A stretch of 63,985 bases of DNA, filler included, from an uncultured bacterium (GTDB lineage: Bacteria; Auribacterota; CAZIXI01): assembly GCA_964543115.1 (NCBI GenBank). It is 9 parts of 9 records of this genome, joined end to end, with 100 filler letters (N's around TTAATTAATTAA, not from the genome) between each part and the next. Parts side by side here need not be neighbours in the genome. Positions count along the whole stretch, not along the records: positions 38,004 to 45,325 come from CAZIXI010000175.1; positions 45,426 to 52,683 come from CAZIXI010000176.1; 7 more parts are not named here. One strand, 5' to 3'. The position numbers were made by a program, and so were the translations under genes. Under the pieces are notes generated by a model that searched no databases, was not told where the DNA came from, and worked only from the letters and a program-made list of their open reading frames with translations. Numbering within the stretch: the first letter of the stretch is position 1; each line of letters starts with the position of its first letter. Below, one piece after another: positions 38,004-48,400 of the stretch.

Positions 38004-40451
38004 TACCCCGGTATCCCAGTACATGGACCTTTCCACAATAACCGGCAGGGTTTCCGTGCTGATGGTGTTGCCGTTTTCATCTACATGTCCCATGCTGATA
38101 ACCTGGGTGGAGAGTGAGGTGTTGTCCAAGAGATATTCTATATCAGCATCTCCTGCCTCATAAAGAGTTTCGTCGTAGAGTGTATTCACATGAACTGTGT
38201 AACGGCCCGTAGCCGGTATTTCAGGGAAGATGCTCCAGGTATCGCCGTCCTCTTTCATAAATGTTACGGAACACCTGGTGGGTATTAAATTGGGATTCAT
38301 GATCAATATGTATTCATCATAACCGGCGGTACAGCCCTCAGCTGAATACCAGGTCAGAGATGATTCGTTTACGCCGATACTGCAGTGGCCGGCAATCCAG
38401 GAAATTCGATCGCTGTTCCAGTACATTGCCCGTTCCGCAACAAGAAAGATGCCGTTTATAGATTCAACTTTGGTGGAGAATGACTCATCATCAAGGAATT
38501 GGCTGGCATCAATTGTGCGTCGGCTGTTGGCGGCGATTGTGATCATATCATCGTTGCCTCCGTCATCATCGGCGATTATGGTGGAGCCGTCAGGCTTCAT
38601 TAAAGTAACCACAACCTGGGCTTCATAATCGCTGGGGTTTTGAATTAGGATAAAGGTGTCAAAAGAAAGCGGCCCGCCCGTAGAACCTTCGGCCAGATAC
38701 CAGTTAGTATGCGGTTGGGTGATGCCGATGGTGCAGTGCCCGTCCACATAGGAGATATCGTTAAAATCCCAATACATGGATCTTTCGGCCATTACACCAA
38801 CGCCATTAACGCTGACAACGCTGGTGGAAAACGATCCACTAACATAATTGTTGGCATTTATTGTGTAGCGGCTTTCTGCCGGCACATTAACGGTTCCGTC
38901 ACCATCTCCATCGTCAACATTGATGGTTGTCCCATCTTCTTTCATGAGGGTGACTAGACACTCCGCTTCACGCTCACCGGGATTCTGCAGCAGGATCCAG
39001 GTATAAAAGTTATCGGAGCAATGACCTTCGGCGAAGTACCAGTTGCGGATGCCTTCAACACGCTGGACGTAGATGTCGGGGTAACTGCCGCTATGATAGG
39101 TAATAATCGCGCCATGAGTGTCGTCGGTAACAAGCTGCGGCGGATTGGAGGCGGTGCTCACTTCAACACCGTTTTCGCTCCATTGTATCTCGCCGTACTC
39201 ATCTACGCGCTGGGCATAAATGCTGTCACTGTTGTACCAGGTAAGCAGCGCGCCGTTAGCACCATCAGCGGCTATCTGCGGAGAATAGTTGCTGTTTCCG
39301 GTATTGGTGCAGATAACGTTACCGTTGGATCCCCAGGAAGCTGTGCCGTCTTCTTCAATCCTTTGCGCGTAGATGTCGGTGTAGGTGCCGCCGCGCTGAT
39401 CTCTCCAGCAGATAATCGCGCCGCCGTTGCCGTCTTCGGCGATTTGTAGATCGTCTTGGTCACCTGACTCAGTGCAGACGGCAATTGCCGAGCCGTCAAT
39501 GGTGGCGTCAGCGTTTATTTTTTGGACATAGATATCCTGATTGCCGCTCCTGCTGTCCTCCCAGGCAATCAAGGCGCCGCCGTCGCCATCAGCAACAAGC
39601 TGCGGATCGATCTGATTAGCGCTGCTGTCGCTGCAGATCCGGATGCCGTCATTGTAAGGGCCTTCCCAGCCGGTATGGATACTGCTGTCAGCATCAATTC
39701 TGCGGGCAAAAATATAATAGTTTAAACCATTACGGCCGTCTTTCCAGGTAATAATCGCGCCGCCTTCTCCGTCAGCAACTATTTGTGGGCTTTGCTGATA
39801 TTGAGGTTCAAAACAGACAGGGATACCGGTATCACTCCAGCCACTGGCGGGATCGCCGTTTTCATCAAGCATCTGTGCCCAGATATCAGTTGCCGGATAA
39901 GTACCGGTTTGCCAGGTGAACATGATTTGGATATCTTCATTAGGGGCATCACAGTAGGCCAGGGCCAGTTGCGGGCTTAACTCTCCGCCGCCGCCTGTTT
40001 CGCGTACGACGATACCGTTCTCTGTCCAGAGCGCCTCACCGTATCTACTGATACGCTGAGCGAAAATTTTAGAAGTACCGCCGCGGAAATCCACCCAGGT
40101 GATTACCGCGCCGCCGCAGCCGTCAGAAATGATTTGTACACTTTGTTTATAGCCTGTTTCGGTGCTGATCGCAACTCCATTAGTTGTCCAGCGGACAGTG
40201 CCCGTGGCATCTACTTTTTGCGCGTAAATATCATAATCATTATAATCACGGTTATCGACCCAAGCGATAATTGAACCGCCATAGCCGTCAGAGGCGATCT
40301 GGGGCAGTGACTGCACATTATCCACAGCGGTTACCGTTACCCCGTCATCCCAGAGAAGGTCTCCCCCCCTGGCCAGGGCATTACTGCAGATGAAAAATAA
40401 CGCCAAAAAAACAATAACTGCCAATCCCGCAAACTTTGTTTTTGCCATCAT
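38004..40451 (-). CDS. Secreted protein: propeller-like repeats + DUF5719-like repeats (3'-truncated)
   Basis: Signal MMAKTKFAGLAVIVFLALFFICSNALA with RBS GGAGG. About 8 repeats QIxxDGxGGAIIxWxD.R...IYAQR, then WYxAEG...QNP...AERSMYW x3. Confidence 0.85.
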
Positions 40452-40881
40452 CGTATCCTCCTTTTTGTTCGAGTTTCGTTTGAGCCAGGCCATAACAATC
40501 GCAATTATTATGCCAAATCCCACTTGTGTATAACATTAACGCTGGCAATGTGATAGAGTGGGTTAAGTCGCGGGGAAAAAGTAATGTTTGAAATGAAATG
40601 TAGTTTGTGCGAAAATAATTTCAAATAACCATAATTATAATGAAAAGATATTCACTATTTTTTTTATCTGCTATTTATATTTAGTTATAATATCCTGCTA
40701 TACGGTAATAGTGAGCTAAGTACCTGGATCATTGAAGAAGGAACGGGCAATGCACCGGAACTTGGCCGGCGGGGGTAAGATCGGGGCAGTGTCGCCTGCT
40801 TTAGCGCTGATATTGGTTCTTAGACAAAATATGTTATTGATGTGAATCAGGCCGTGGGGAGACAGTAAGGGGGGGGATCCC

Positions 40882-41250
40882 TTAGTTCTTTAGTATTTTG
40901 GCTATTTTTGTTAACAAGATCTGCGGATCAAATGGCTTTGAAATATAATCACTGATACCTTCAGGGGTGAAAAGTTCTTTCATGCCGGCTTTGGCGCTGA
41001 TTACAATAACAGGAAGGTATTTGGTTTTCTTGTTTTCTTTTAATTTCTTGATGAAACTATAGCCATCCATTTTAGGCATGAGGATGTCCAAAAGAATTAG
41101 ATCAGGATTCTCTGTTTGGACCTTTTTCAGCCCGTCAGCGCCATTGTCCGCTGTGCTCACCATATAGCCTGAGAATTCCAGTCTTTTCGCTAAAGTGCTT
41201 ACAATATTAGGTTCATCATCAATGATTAAAATTTTCTTTTCAGCTGGCAT
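40882..41250 (-). CDS. Single-domain response regulator
   Basis: ILIIDDE, LILLDILMPKMDG (phospho-Asp), ISA and KPF motifs. Confidence 0.93.
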   Translation of the reverse strand: MPAEKKILIIDDEPNIVSTLAKRLEFSGYMVSTADNGADGLKKVQTENPDLILLDILMPKMDGYSFIKKLKENKKTKYLPVIVISAKAGMKELFTPEGISDYISKPFDPQILLTKIAKILKN

Positions 41251-43028
41251 ATATTTATCTCCTTTCTTGTTTTTGCAAGTGCTAGTTTTACTCCTTTTAG
41301 AAAATTATCTTCAGTGATCTCTTTTTTGTGGTTGGTAGCGGATCCGGTGGCTACCGATATAGAAACAGGAGTCCCCTTAGCGGTAATAAAAGCATATCCT
41401 CTTAAGGCGGTCCTGATTGCTTTTTCTTTTGCCGCAGCCTCTTTGTTGCCCGTATCCGGCAAGAGCAGGATAAAGGAATCTTCTCTAAACCTGGATATAA
41501 AATAAATGTCTCTATGGAAAGGTTTACAAATCTCTATAGCGAGATTAGAGAGAAGCCGGTGGGTGTCTTTGCTGCTGCATATTTTCTTAATAGAATTGAA
41601 TTTGCCTATCTGGATAACTATTAGGCTCAATGAGGCCGGTTTTTTCTGCGACTGTGCAATTTCATTTTGGAAATATTCTCGTAATATTGCCGATTCGCTA
41701 AGTTTTGGTATCGTAAAGGTGAACTTGCTCCCTTTGCCGGGTATGTTTTCTACCCAGATCTTCCCGCCATGGAGTTGGACCAGTTCTTTACTGATTGGCA
41801 ACCCCAGGCCGGTGCCTTTTTCTCCGGCTCCACTGGAGCGGTTGACTTGAACAAATCTTTCAAATATTTTTTTTCTGTTCTTTGCCTCTATCCCAATGCC
41901 GGTGTCGGAGACGCTGACTTCGACACATTGTGTTCTTTTGGTTATAACGATAGTGATCCGGCCATTTTCCGGGGTATACTTAAGAGCGTTTCCAACTAGA
42001 TTGTTGAGTATTTGAATTATTTTATCCGGATCGACAAATACTTCCGTCTGTGTTGGTTCAGGGGATATATGAATTTTAATATTTTTCTCGCTGGCCTTGG
42101 ATTGTAATATTTCAGCAGTTTTGTGCGCCAGAAAAAAGATGTCAATCAAGCATCTTTGCAATTCAATTCTGCCCATTTCAATTTTAGAAACATCCAGCAA
42201 ACTGCTGATAATATGAGTCAGACGATCTAATTCCTCTTCTGCCATCTGAAGATGTTCTCTCTGTTCCTCACTTACTTTTCCGGTAACTCCCGCCAGCATA
42301 TTGCTTATGGCATTTCTTATTGAAGTCAAAGGAGTGCGAAGTTCATGAGAGACATTAGAGACAAATTCAGATTTAAGTTGATCATACCTCTGTAGTTCCT
42401 TGTTCTTTTTTTCGATTTCTCTGTACAAAATATTGATCTTATCGTTCCTTTGCTTAAGGCTCTGCGCCTTTGTCTCCAGTTCTATTTTAGATGTTTTCAG
42501 TTGTTCTTCTGACTGCTTGCGCTCAGTGACATCAAAGATGACCCCGTCAAGATATAAAAGCTTGTCTTCATCATTGAAAACTAATTGTCCTTTTTCATAT
42601 ACCCATTTGATGCTTCCGTCACGGTGGACAATGCGGTATTCTATGATATAGGGACTCTTCTTGATAATGCTTTCCTGCAAAACCCGAAAAACCATATTCA
42701 GGTCATCTACGTGAATACTGCTGACGTAGGATCTGGTTTTGCTGTCGATAAAAGCGTCGGCAGGATAGCCCAATAAGTTTTCTGTTTCTTTGTTGAGGTA
42801 GACCATTGTCCAGTAGCCGTCGTTAGCACGGCGGTAAACAACGCCGGGGATATTTGATACCAGTGTGCCAAATTGAAGTTCACTGTCCCTGAGGGCGGTG
42901 TCAATTTTTTTATACTCTGAGGCTATTTTGTCACTCTCCGCAGCTGCTTTCTTCAGCCTGGCCAGCTGTTTTTTCAGGGACTCGTTTTCCCGGCATAGCT
43001 GCGTTTTAGTTTTCAGCGGGGTATTCAT
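41226..43028 (-). CDS. Cytoplasmic PAS histidine kinase with a degenerate C-terminal GGDEF-like domain
   Basis: PAS (EYRIVHRDGSIKWVYEKG), HELRTPL, NLVGNALKY, DTGIGI and GTGLGL. The tail has RFREDSF in place of RxGGDEF. Confidence 0.88.
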   Translation of the reverse strand: MNTPLKTKTQLCRENESLKKQLARLKKAAAESDKIASEYKKIDTALRDSELQFGTLVSNIPGVVYRRANDGYWTMVYLNKETENLLGYPADAFIDSKTRSYVSSIHVDDLNMVFRVLQESIIKKSPYIIEYRIVHRDGSIKWVYEKGQLVFNDEDKLLYLDGVIFDVTERKQSEEQLKTSKIELETKAQSLKQRNDKINILYREIEKKNKELQRYDQLKSEFVSNVSHELRTPLTSIRNAISNMLAGVTGKVSEEQREHLQMAEEELDRLTHIISSLLDVSKIEMGRIELQRCLIDIFFLAHKTAEILQSKASEKNIKIHISPEPTQTEVFVDPDKIIQILNNLVGNALKYTPENGRITIVITKRTQCVEVSVSDTGIGIEAKNRKKIFERFVQVNRSSGAGEKGTGLGLPISKELVQLHGGKIWVENIPGKGSKFTFTIPKLSESAILREYFQNEIAQSQKKPASLSLIVIQIGKFNSIKKICSSKDTHRLLSNLAIEICKPFHRDIYFISRFREDSFILLLPDTGNKEAAAKEKAIRTALRGYAFITAKGTPVSISVATGSATNHKKEITEDNFLKGVKLALAKTRKEINICQLKRKF

Positions 43029-43058
43029 GTATGCTGTTTTAGGCGATAAGTTATCAAG

Positions 43059-45323
43059 CTATTCACCAATTCCAATGCTGCAGTGGGCCCAGTCCCAGGA
43101 GCCGTCGTCAGCAACGCTGTACATTGTCCTTTGGGAGATGATTGGCTGATCAGCGGAGACCTTAGTAGAAAATCCTGCATAGGCGGATAGTTCTGAAACC
43201 GAACTGTTAACATTGTAGGTGAGCCGTTTGCCGGCGCTGACGGTTACTGTTTTTGTTGTATTGACCGCGGTGGCGTCTTCCGGGGCAAAGGTCAGGGTGA
43301 CTGTGGCGTCGGTGCTGCCGGGATTGAACAGCAGCAGGTATTGTTGTGTCCCGCCGTAAATGGATCCTTCCGGATGGTACCAGGTAGTGGATGGTGTTGT
43401 TGTGCCGATAGTGGTGTGCGCCCAGCCCCAGCTGGTGCCTCCGCCAAACGATGAGGCTTGAGCGACAACAGGGTAAGTGGATTCGATTTTAGTGGCAAAG
43501 CCGGAATAAGCGGATGTTTCCGGTGCTTCTGAGTTTACGTTATAGGTAAGGCGACGGCCGGCACTGGCCGTAGCGGTTTTAGTAATATTCTCCGCTGTCT
43601 CATCATCCGGGTAGAAAGTCAGGGTGATGGTTGCATCGTTGGTGCCCGGATTCTGAATCAGCAGATATTGTTGAAAATTGCCAGTTGTACTTCCTTCGGA
43701 AAAATACCAGGTATTACCGGTGATCAGAGAACCACGGCTGCCGCTGGCCCAAATCCAGTTATTATTTCTTACGCGGTAAATCGCCATTTCAGCAACAATT
43801 GCCTGGGTTGATTGGATCCGGGTAGAAATACCGGAGGCCGATGTTATTTCCGTGACGGATCTGTTTACATCATAAGTCAAGCGGCTGGTGACTTTGATGT
43901 TAGCTGTTTTAGTAGTTATATTAGGATTAAGCCCATCGGGGGTTAAGGTAAAAGTACCGACGGCGGCAGTACTGCCAGGGTTTAAACATAAAAGATATTC
44001 TTGTGTATTGGCGAAGGCTGTTCCCTCAGGCATGTACCAGGTAGTTCCGGTTGTTGGTGAAGCGATACTGCAGTGTGCCCAGTCCCAGTTGCCTGAATCA
44101 TCGATTCCGTACATGCTTCGTTCAACGGCAATAGCGGCACTGTCGGCAGCTTCAATTTTTGCGCCCAGGGGAGAGGTGCCGACTAAATCGCCTATCAGAG
44201 CGCGGACATTAACTGTCAGTCTTTTACCCGCCGGAACAGAGAGTCCGGTTGTTTCTATAGTCGTGGCATTTCCTTTGAAAAAAGTTATGGTCGCTGATAC
44301 CGTAGAACTGTTGGAATTATGAATAAAAATATATTCATCAATACTGTCTATAACTACACCTTCGGCCAGGTACCAGGTAGAGGACAGGCCGGAGACATAT
44401 TCGTAACAGCCGATATCATAACCACTGCCCTGCGGGCGGGTGTTGCCGTCCCGGTCAACTGAAGGAGCGCCGGTAGCGCTGGCGGCATTAATACAAGGCG
44501 AGCTGCTGCGCAGGGTGTAATTACTGCTGCCGGTGAAAACAGGGTTGCTTTCTATATTGTCCACAGAATCGGTGAGCGCGTTTATCTGTTCGATTGTGTA
44601 ACCGGTATTGGCGGTTAAGGTGCCGAGAGCGTAAGGTGACGAGCCGTTCCCATAAAAATCATTATTAAGCATTACGGTTGTCGGAGTGTTGCCGAGTTCC
44701 AGGATGCCGTTAGTAGTGGCGTTAGCGATAATGCAATTTTTGACTGTTGACGTACTTAATTGTGTTAGTATGGTGGCGGTATTATTGTCGCTGTTGCCGG
44801 AAAAGGTACAGTTGGTAATGTTGCTTGTGCCGCCGTCAACGGTAAGCGCTGCCGATCCGCTGGTGGCGGCGGTATTTCCGGTGAGGAGACAATTTTCAAG
44901 TGTAAGAGTATTGGTTTCGCCGGCAGAAGAAGAGGTGAAATTAATTCCGCCTTCAGTTGTTCCGGTGTTATTCTGAATAGTGCATCTCTGGACGGTGGCA
45001 TCACTGTTCTCGGAATCGATTGCCCCGGAACTTGCGGCTGTGTTATTTTGGATTGTACAGGTCTGGATGGTGGCGGTGCTATCCGTTAGTTTAATACCGC
45101 CGCCGATGCTGGAACTTTCATTGCTCGATAAAGTGCTGCCGGTGATTGTTAGAGTAGCGTTATTATAAGTGTAAATAGCGCCACCTTCGGTGGTAGCGGT
45201 ATTGCTGGAAATTGAGCAGTTGGTAATGGTTACGGTGCTATTTTGTCCGCAGGCTATTGCTCCGCCATTATTGGTAGCGGTGTTACTGGAGAAAGTTGAT
45301 CCGGTAATAGTGCCGGTAGCGGA
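43059..45323 (-). CDS. Surface protein, 5'-truncated: parallel beta-helix + anchor-Q-like segment + 4 DUF5719-like repeats
   Basis: I checked the frame codon by codon; it is open from 45323, upstream of the track's 44672 start. It reads ...TFSSNTATNNGGAI...TEGGAIY...ITNCTFSGN...SPCINAA...DRDGNTRP...YDIGCYE, then WYxxEG repeats x4. Confidence 0.88.
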   Translation of the reverse strand, partial: SATGTITGSTFSSNTATNNGGAIACGQNSTVTITNCSISSNTATTEGGAIYTYNNATLTITGSTLSSNESSSIGGGIKLTDSTATIQTCTIQNNTAASSGAIDSENSDATVQRCTIQNNTGTTEGGINFTSSSAGETNTLTLENCLLTGNTAATSGSAALTVDGGTSNITNCTFSGNSDNNTATILTQLSTSTVKNCIIANATTNGILELGNTPTTVMLNNDFYGNGSSPYALGTLTANTGYTIEQINALTDSVDNIESNPVFTGSSNYTLRSSSPCINAASATGAPSVDRDGNTRPQGSGYDIGCYEYVSGLSSTWYLAEGVVIDSIDEYIFIHNSNSSTVSATITFFKGNATTIETTGLSVPAGKRLTVNVRALIGDLVGTSPLGAKIEAADSAAIAVERSMYGIDDSGNWDWAHCSIASPTTGTTWYMPEGTAFANTQEYLLCLNPGSTAAVGTFTLTPDGLNPNITTKTANIKVTSRLTYDVNRSVTEITSASGISTRIQSTQAIVAEMAIYRVRNNNWIWASGSRGSLITGNTWYFSEGSTTGNFQQYLLIQNPGTNDATITLTFYPDDETAENITKTATASAGRRLTYNVNSEAPETSAYSGFATKIESTYPVVAQASSFGGGTSWGWAHTTIGTTTPSTTWYHPEGSIYGGTQQYLLLFNPGSTDATVTLTFAPEDATAVNTTKTVTVSAGKRLTYNVNSSVSELSAYAGFSTKVSADQPIISQRTMYSVADDGSWDWAHCSIGIGE

Positions 45324-45425
45324 ATNNNNNNNNNNNNNNNNNNNNNNNNNNNNNNNNNNNNNNNNNNNNTTAATTAATTAANNNNNNNNNNNNNNNNNNN
45401 NNNNNNNNNNNNNNNNNNNNNNNNN

Positions 45426-48400
45426 GATGGGTAACAGCTGGACGGAGAATTATGATGTTACACTGAGCTTGGACCCGCAGGGCAATTATCATGTACTTAC
45501 TGCCTTTGTGGACAGCGAGATCATGCTGGGTGGCTATACAGAATATCTAGAAGCAGAACTGGATGAAGATGTGAGTATAGACATGACCAGTCAGGTAAAC
45601 GCGCTGGTGCTTTATGACCGTTGGGGCAATATGTTGAGTAACATGCGCAGTGTGCTGAGCGAGGAGTTTAGCGAAGCGGAAATAGAAGATGAAATTATCC
45701 TGGGCGGGCAAAGTGTTGCTGAGACTGTAGCGGTGCATGGGAATATAACCGCGGAAGATGTTTACAGCACCAGCTGGAGCTATAACCAGTATGACACCAA
45801 TATGTCAGCGGCCCGCGGACAGGCGGATCTTTCCATTAGTGAAAGCACTAATTATGACAACAGTGTAATTTTCAGCCGTGATATCACCCGTACCACGGCT
45901 TATAATGATAATGGCCTGGCTACCACGCAAATCAGTTATCACCTGGGGCTGAGCGACCAGGCGGGTGACCAGGCGGATAATGATCTGGATGCTAGTGATG
46001 CGCTGGTAAAGAGCAGCAAGGTGGTTACCGGTTATACGTATACGGATGATGACACCAATGCCGATACCATCTGCCGCTGGAACTATAATTACGGCGATGA
46101 TGACGCGGATGGGGTGGAGGACTGGCAGGAAACAACCTTAGAGGTAACCCAGGAGGTGGAATATGACGGCCGCGGCCAGGTGCTGAGCTGCTGGCGGGAG
46201 GTATATGATATTGACAGCGCGATCCAGGCTGGTGATATAGAGGCAGATCCCACGGATATTTCCGCTGTATCCGCCACCTCGCTTGTGCGCACAGAATATG
46301 AAGTAAATCACGGTTATGAAAGCTGGGGCGGGGTGACCAGCAGTACGGTTTATAATCTGAGTGGTGTTGCCCTGGCTGATGTGGGGGACCAGATTATGGT
46401 TGACGGTCAGATCCAGGTGGATTTGATTACGGATCTGAATAATCAGGAAGGATTTACCGGCTGCTACACGGGCAGTGAATCAACGGAATATGTTTATGAA
46501 CATCGTCAGGTACAGGCCAGCAAACGCAGTTATGCGGATATTAATGGTGATATCTACCAGGAAGATTACAGCGGCGGCAGTAATATACTTGATGCCATAG
46601 ATGAGGGTATTCGTAATTTAGGTGAAGGCATTGAATATGACGAGGCAGGCAATCAGATAGAGAGTTACACATGCACGGTTTATTATGAAGAAGACGGCAG
46701 TGAATTCAGCCGCAATCTGACCCATTCTTATAATCTTTATTTGAATGAGGATGGTTTAGCCGGTGAGGTAGTGACGGAACAGTTGAGTGCCGATGGCCAG
46801 GCCGCCGTGCAGAGTGTGGAGCTGCGCACCGGCGGGCGCAGCTATGTGGCGGAAGAAGGCGAGATCAGCGTGGGCGCGGAAGGTGAGATTGTGATAACGA
46901 TGTTGGACAGCGAGAATGAACTAGATGTATTATTGTCGGGGACGGAAAATGATTTTATTGAATACGACCGCTTCGGGCAGATGACCAGCTGTCAGACCGA
47001 TACCTATAGTGGTGGCAGCTGGGACAACGATGATCTGGAGATGGACGGCGGTGCCTGGGCCAGCCGCAGTTACCTGGCCTATGAATACGGTGATGATGTG
47101 GCTGGCGCCAAAGGCAACGCCCTGGTAACGGTAAATGCCGCTACCGACCAGACCGGAGCCGTTGAGTACAGCCTGGACCTGACCCTGAGTGATAGTGACA
47201 TTTTAGGGGATATTACCTTTGACCAGTACGGCAATAATGTCTGGAGCAAAACAGGAAGCTGGCGGCGGCTGGATGATAATAATGACGGTGTTTATGAAGT
47301 CACTGAGTCGTTTGTGGCCAGTTCACTGGTGGATACCTATAATTATTTTGTTGCCGATGAATTTCTGGAGGATGTTGTTGGTGATAACCTTTATGGAGCG
47401 GCTGATTATACCGAGTATGCTGGTTCTGCGGATACAATTAAACTGGCCAGTGGCCGCAGTAATGTGATTCGTACCGACAGTAAGGTTTTTGGCGATTTTG
47501 ATGAAGACGGTACCGCCGTCTGGGAAGAAACCACCAGTTCCTGGCGCACCGTGCTGGATTGGGGGGCGGATGGATCAGAAAGGGCGGCCTTTACCGAAAC
47601 ATATCTCTACCAGAGTTATGACAGCGCTGACCTGCTTTCTTCCAGCTACCATCTGACAAACCTGACCAATAACCTGGGCCGGGAGCTTTCCGGTACTACC
47701 TATAATTATGATGCTCTTAATTATAATGAGTTCAATAATATCGCTCTGGAAGCCGGTATTCCCACGGATAACACCAATCTCTTATCCCGGGTGGAAACAG
47801 AAAATGCCTATAATGTTACCGGTAACCTGACGCAGAGCGGCAGTTCATATTACAGCGCTGATGACGAGTTGTATCAGCAGATATACCGCGGAGGCAGTGA
47901 TGTTCTGGACGCGGTTGATCTGGGCGGCATTAACGGACTCAGCGGCACAATGGAATATGATGCCGCGGGTAATCTGGTTCAGGAAAATACCGTACGGCTG
48001 GTTTATAATAACGGCAGCGCGGAAATAGCGGATTATAATGAGACTACTTATGGCGGCTATAACGCCCAGGGCCAGGCCGAATCGCAGACAAAGACCGGTA
48101 AACGCACGGTTGATGACGGCACGATCAGTGTCCAGGAAATTACACTTACCTATAACAAATACGGCAACAATGCCAGTTCACAAAGCATACTCCAAGGCGT
48201 GAACGGAGAGTACGGTGAAACAACCATGACAACAACCGAGTATGCCAGTGAACTGCTGGCCGCCAAGGGCTGGGCCACTAACACCACCAGGGACGTGTAC
48301 CGGGGTGAGGACGAGGAAAGCGCGGAATTAAGGGAACAGACGGTGACGGTGATTAATGAAGCTGATTTTAACCGTTTTGGCAACGCCGCCGCTTCCACAC

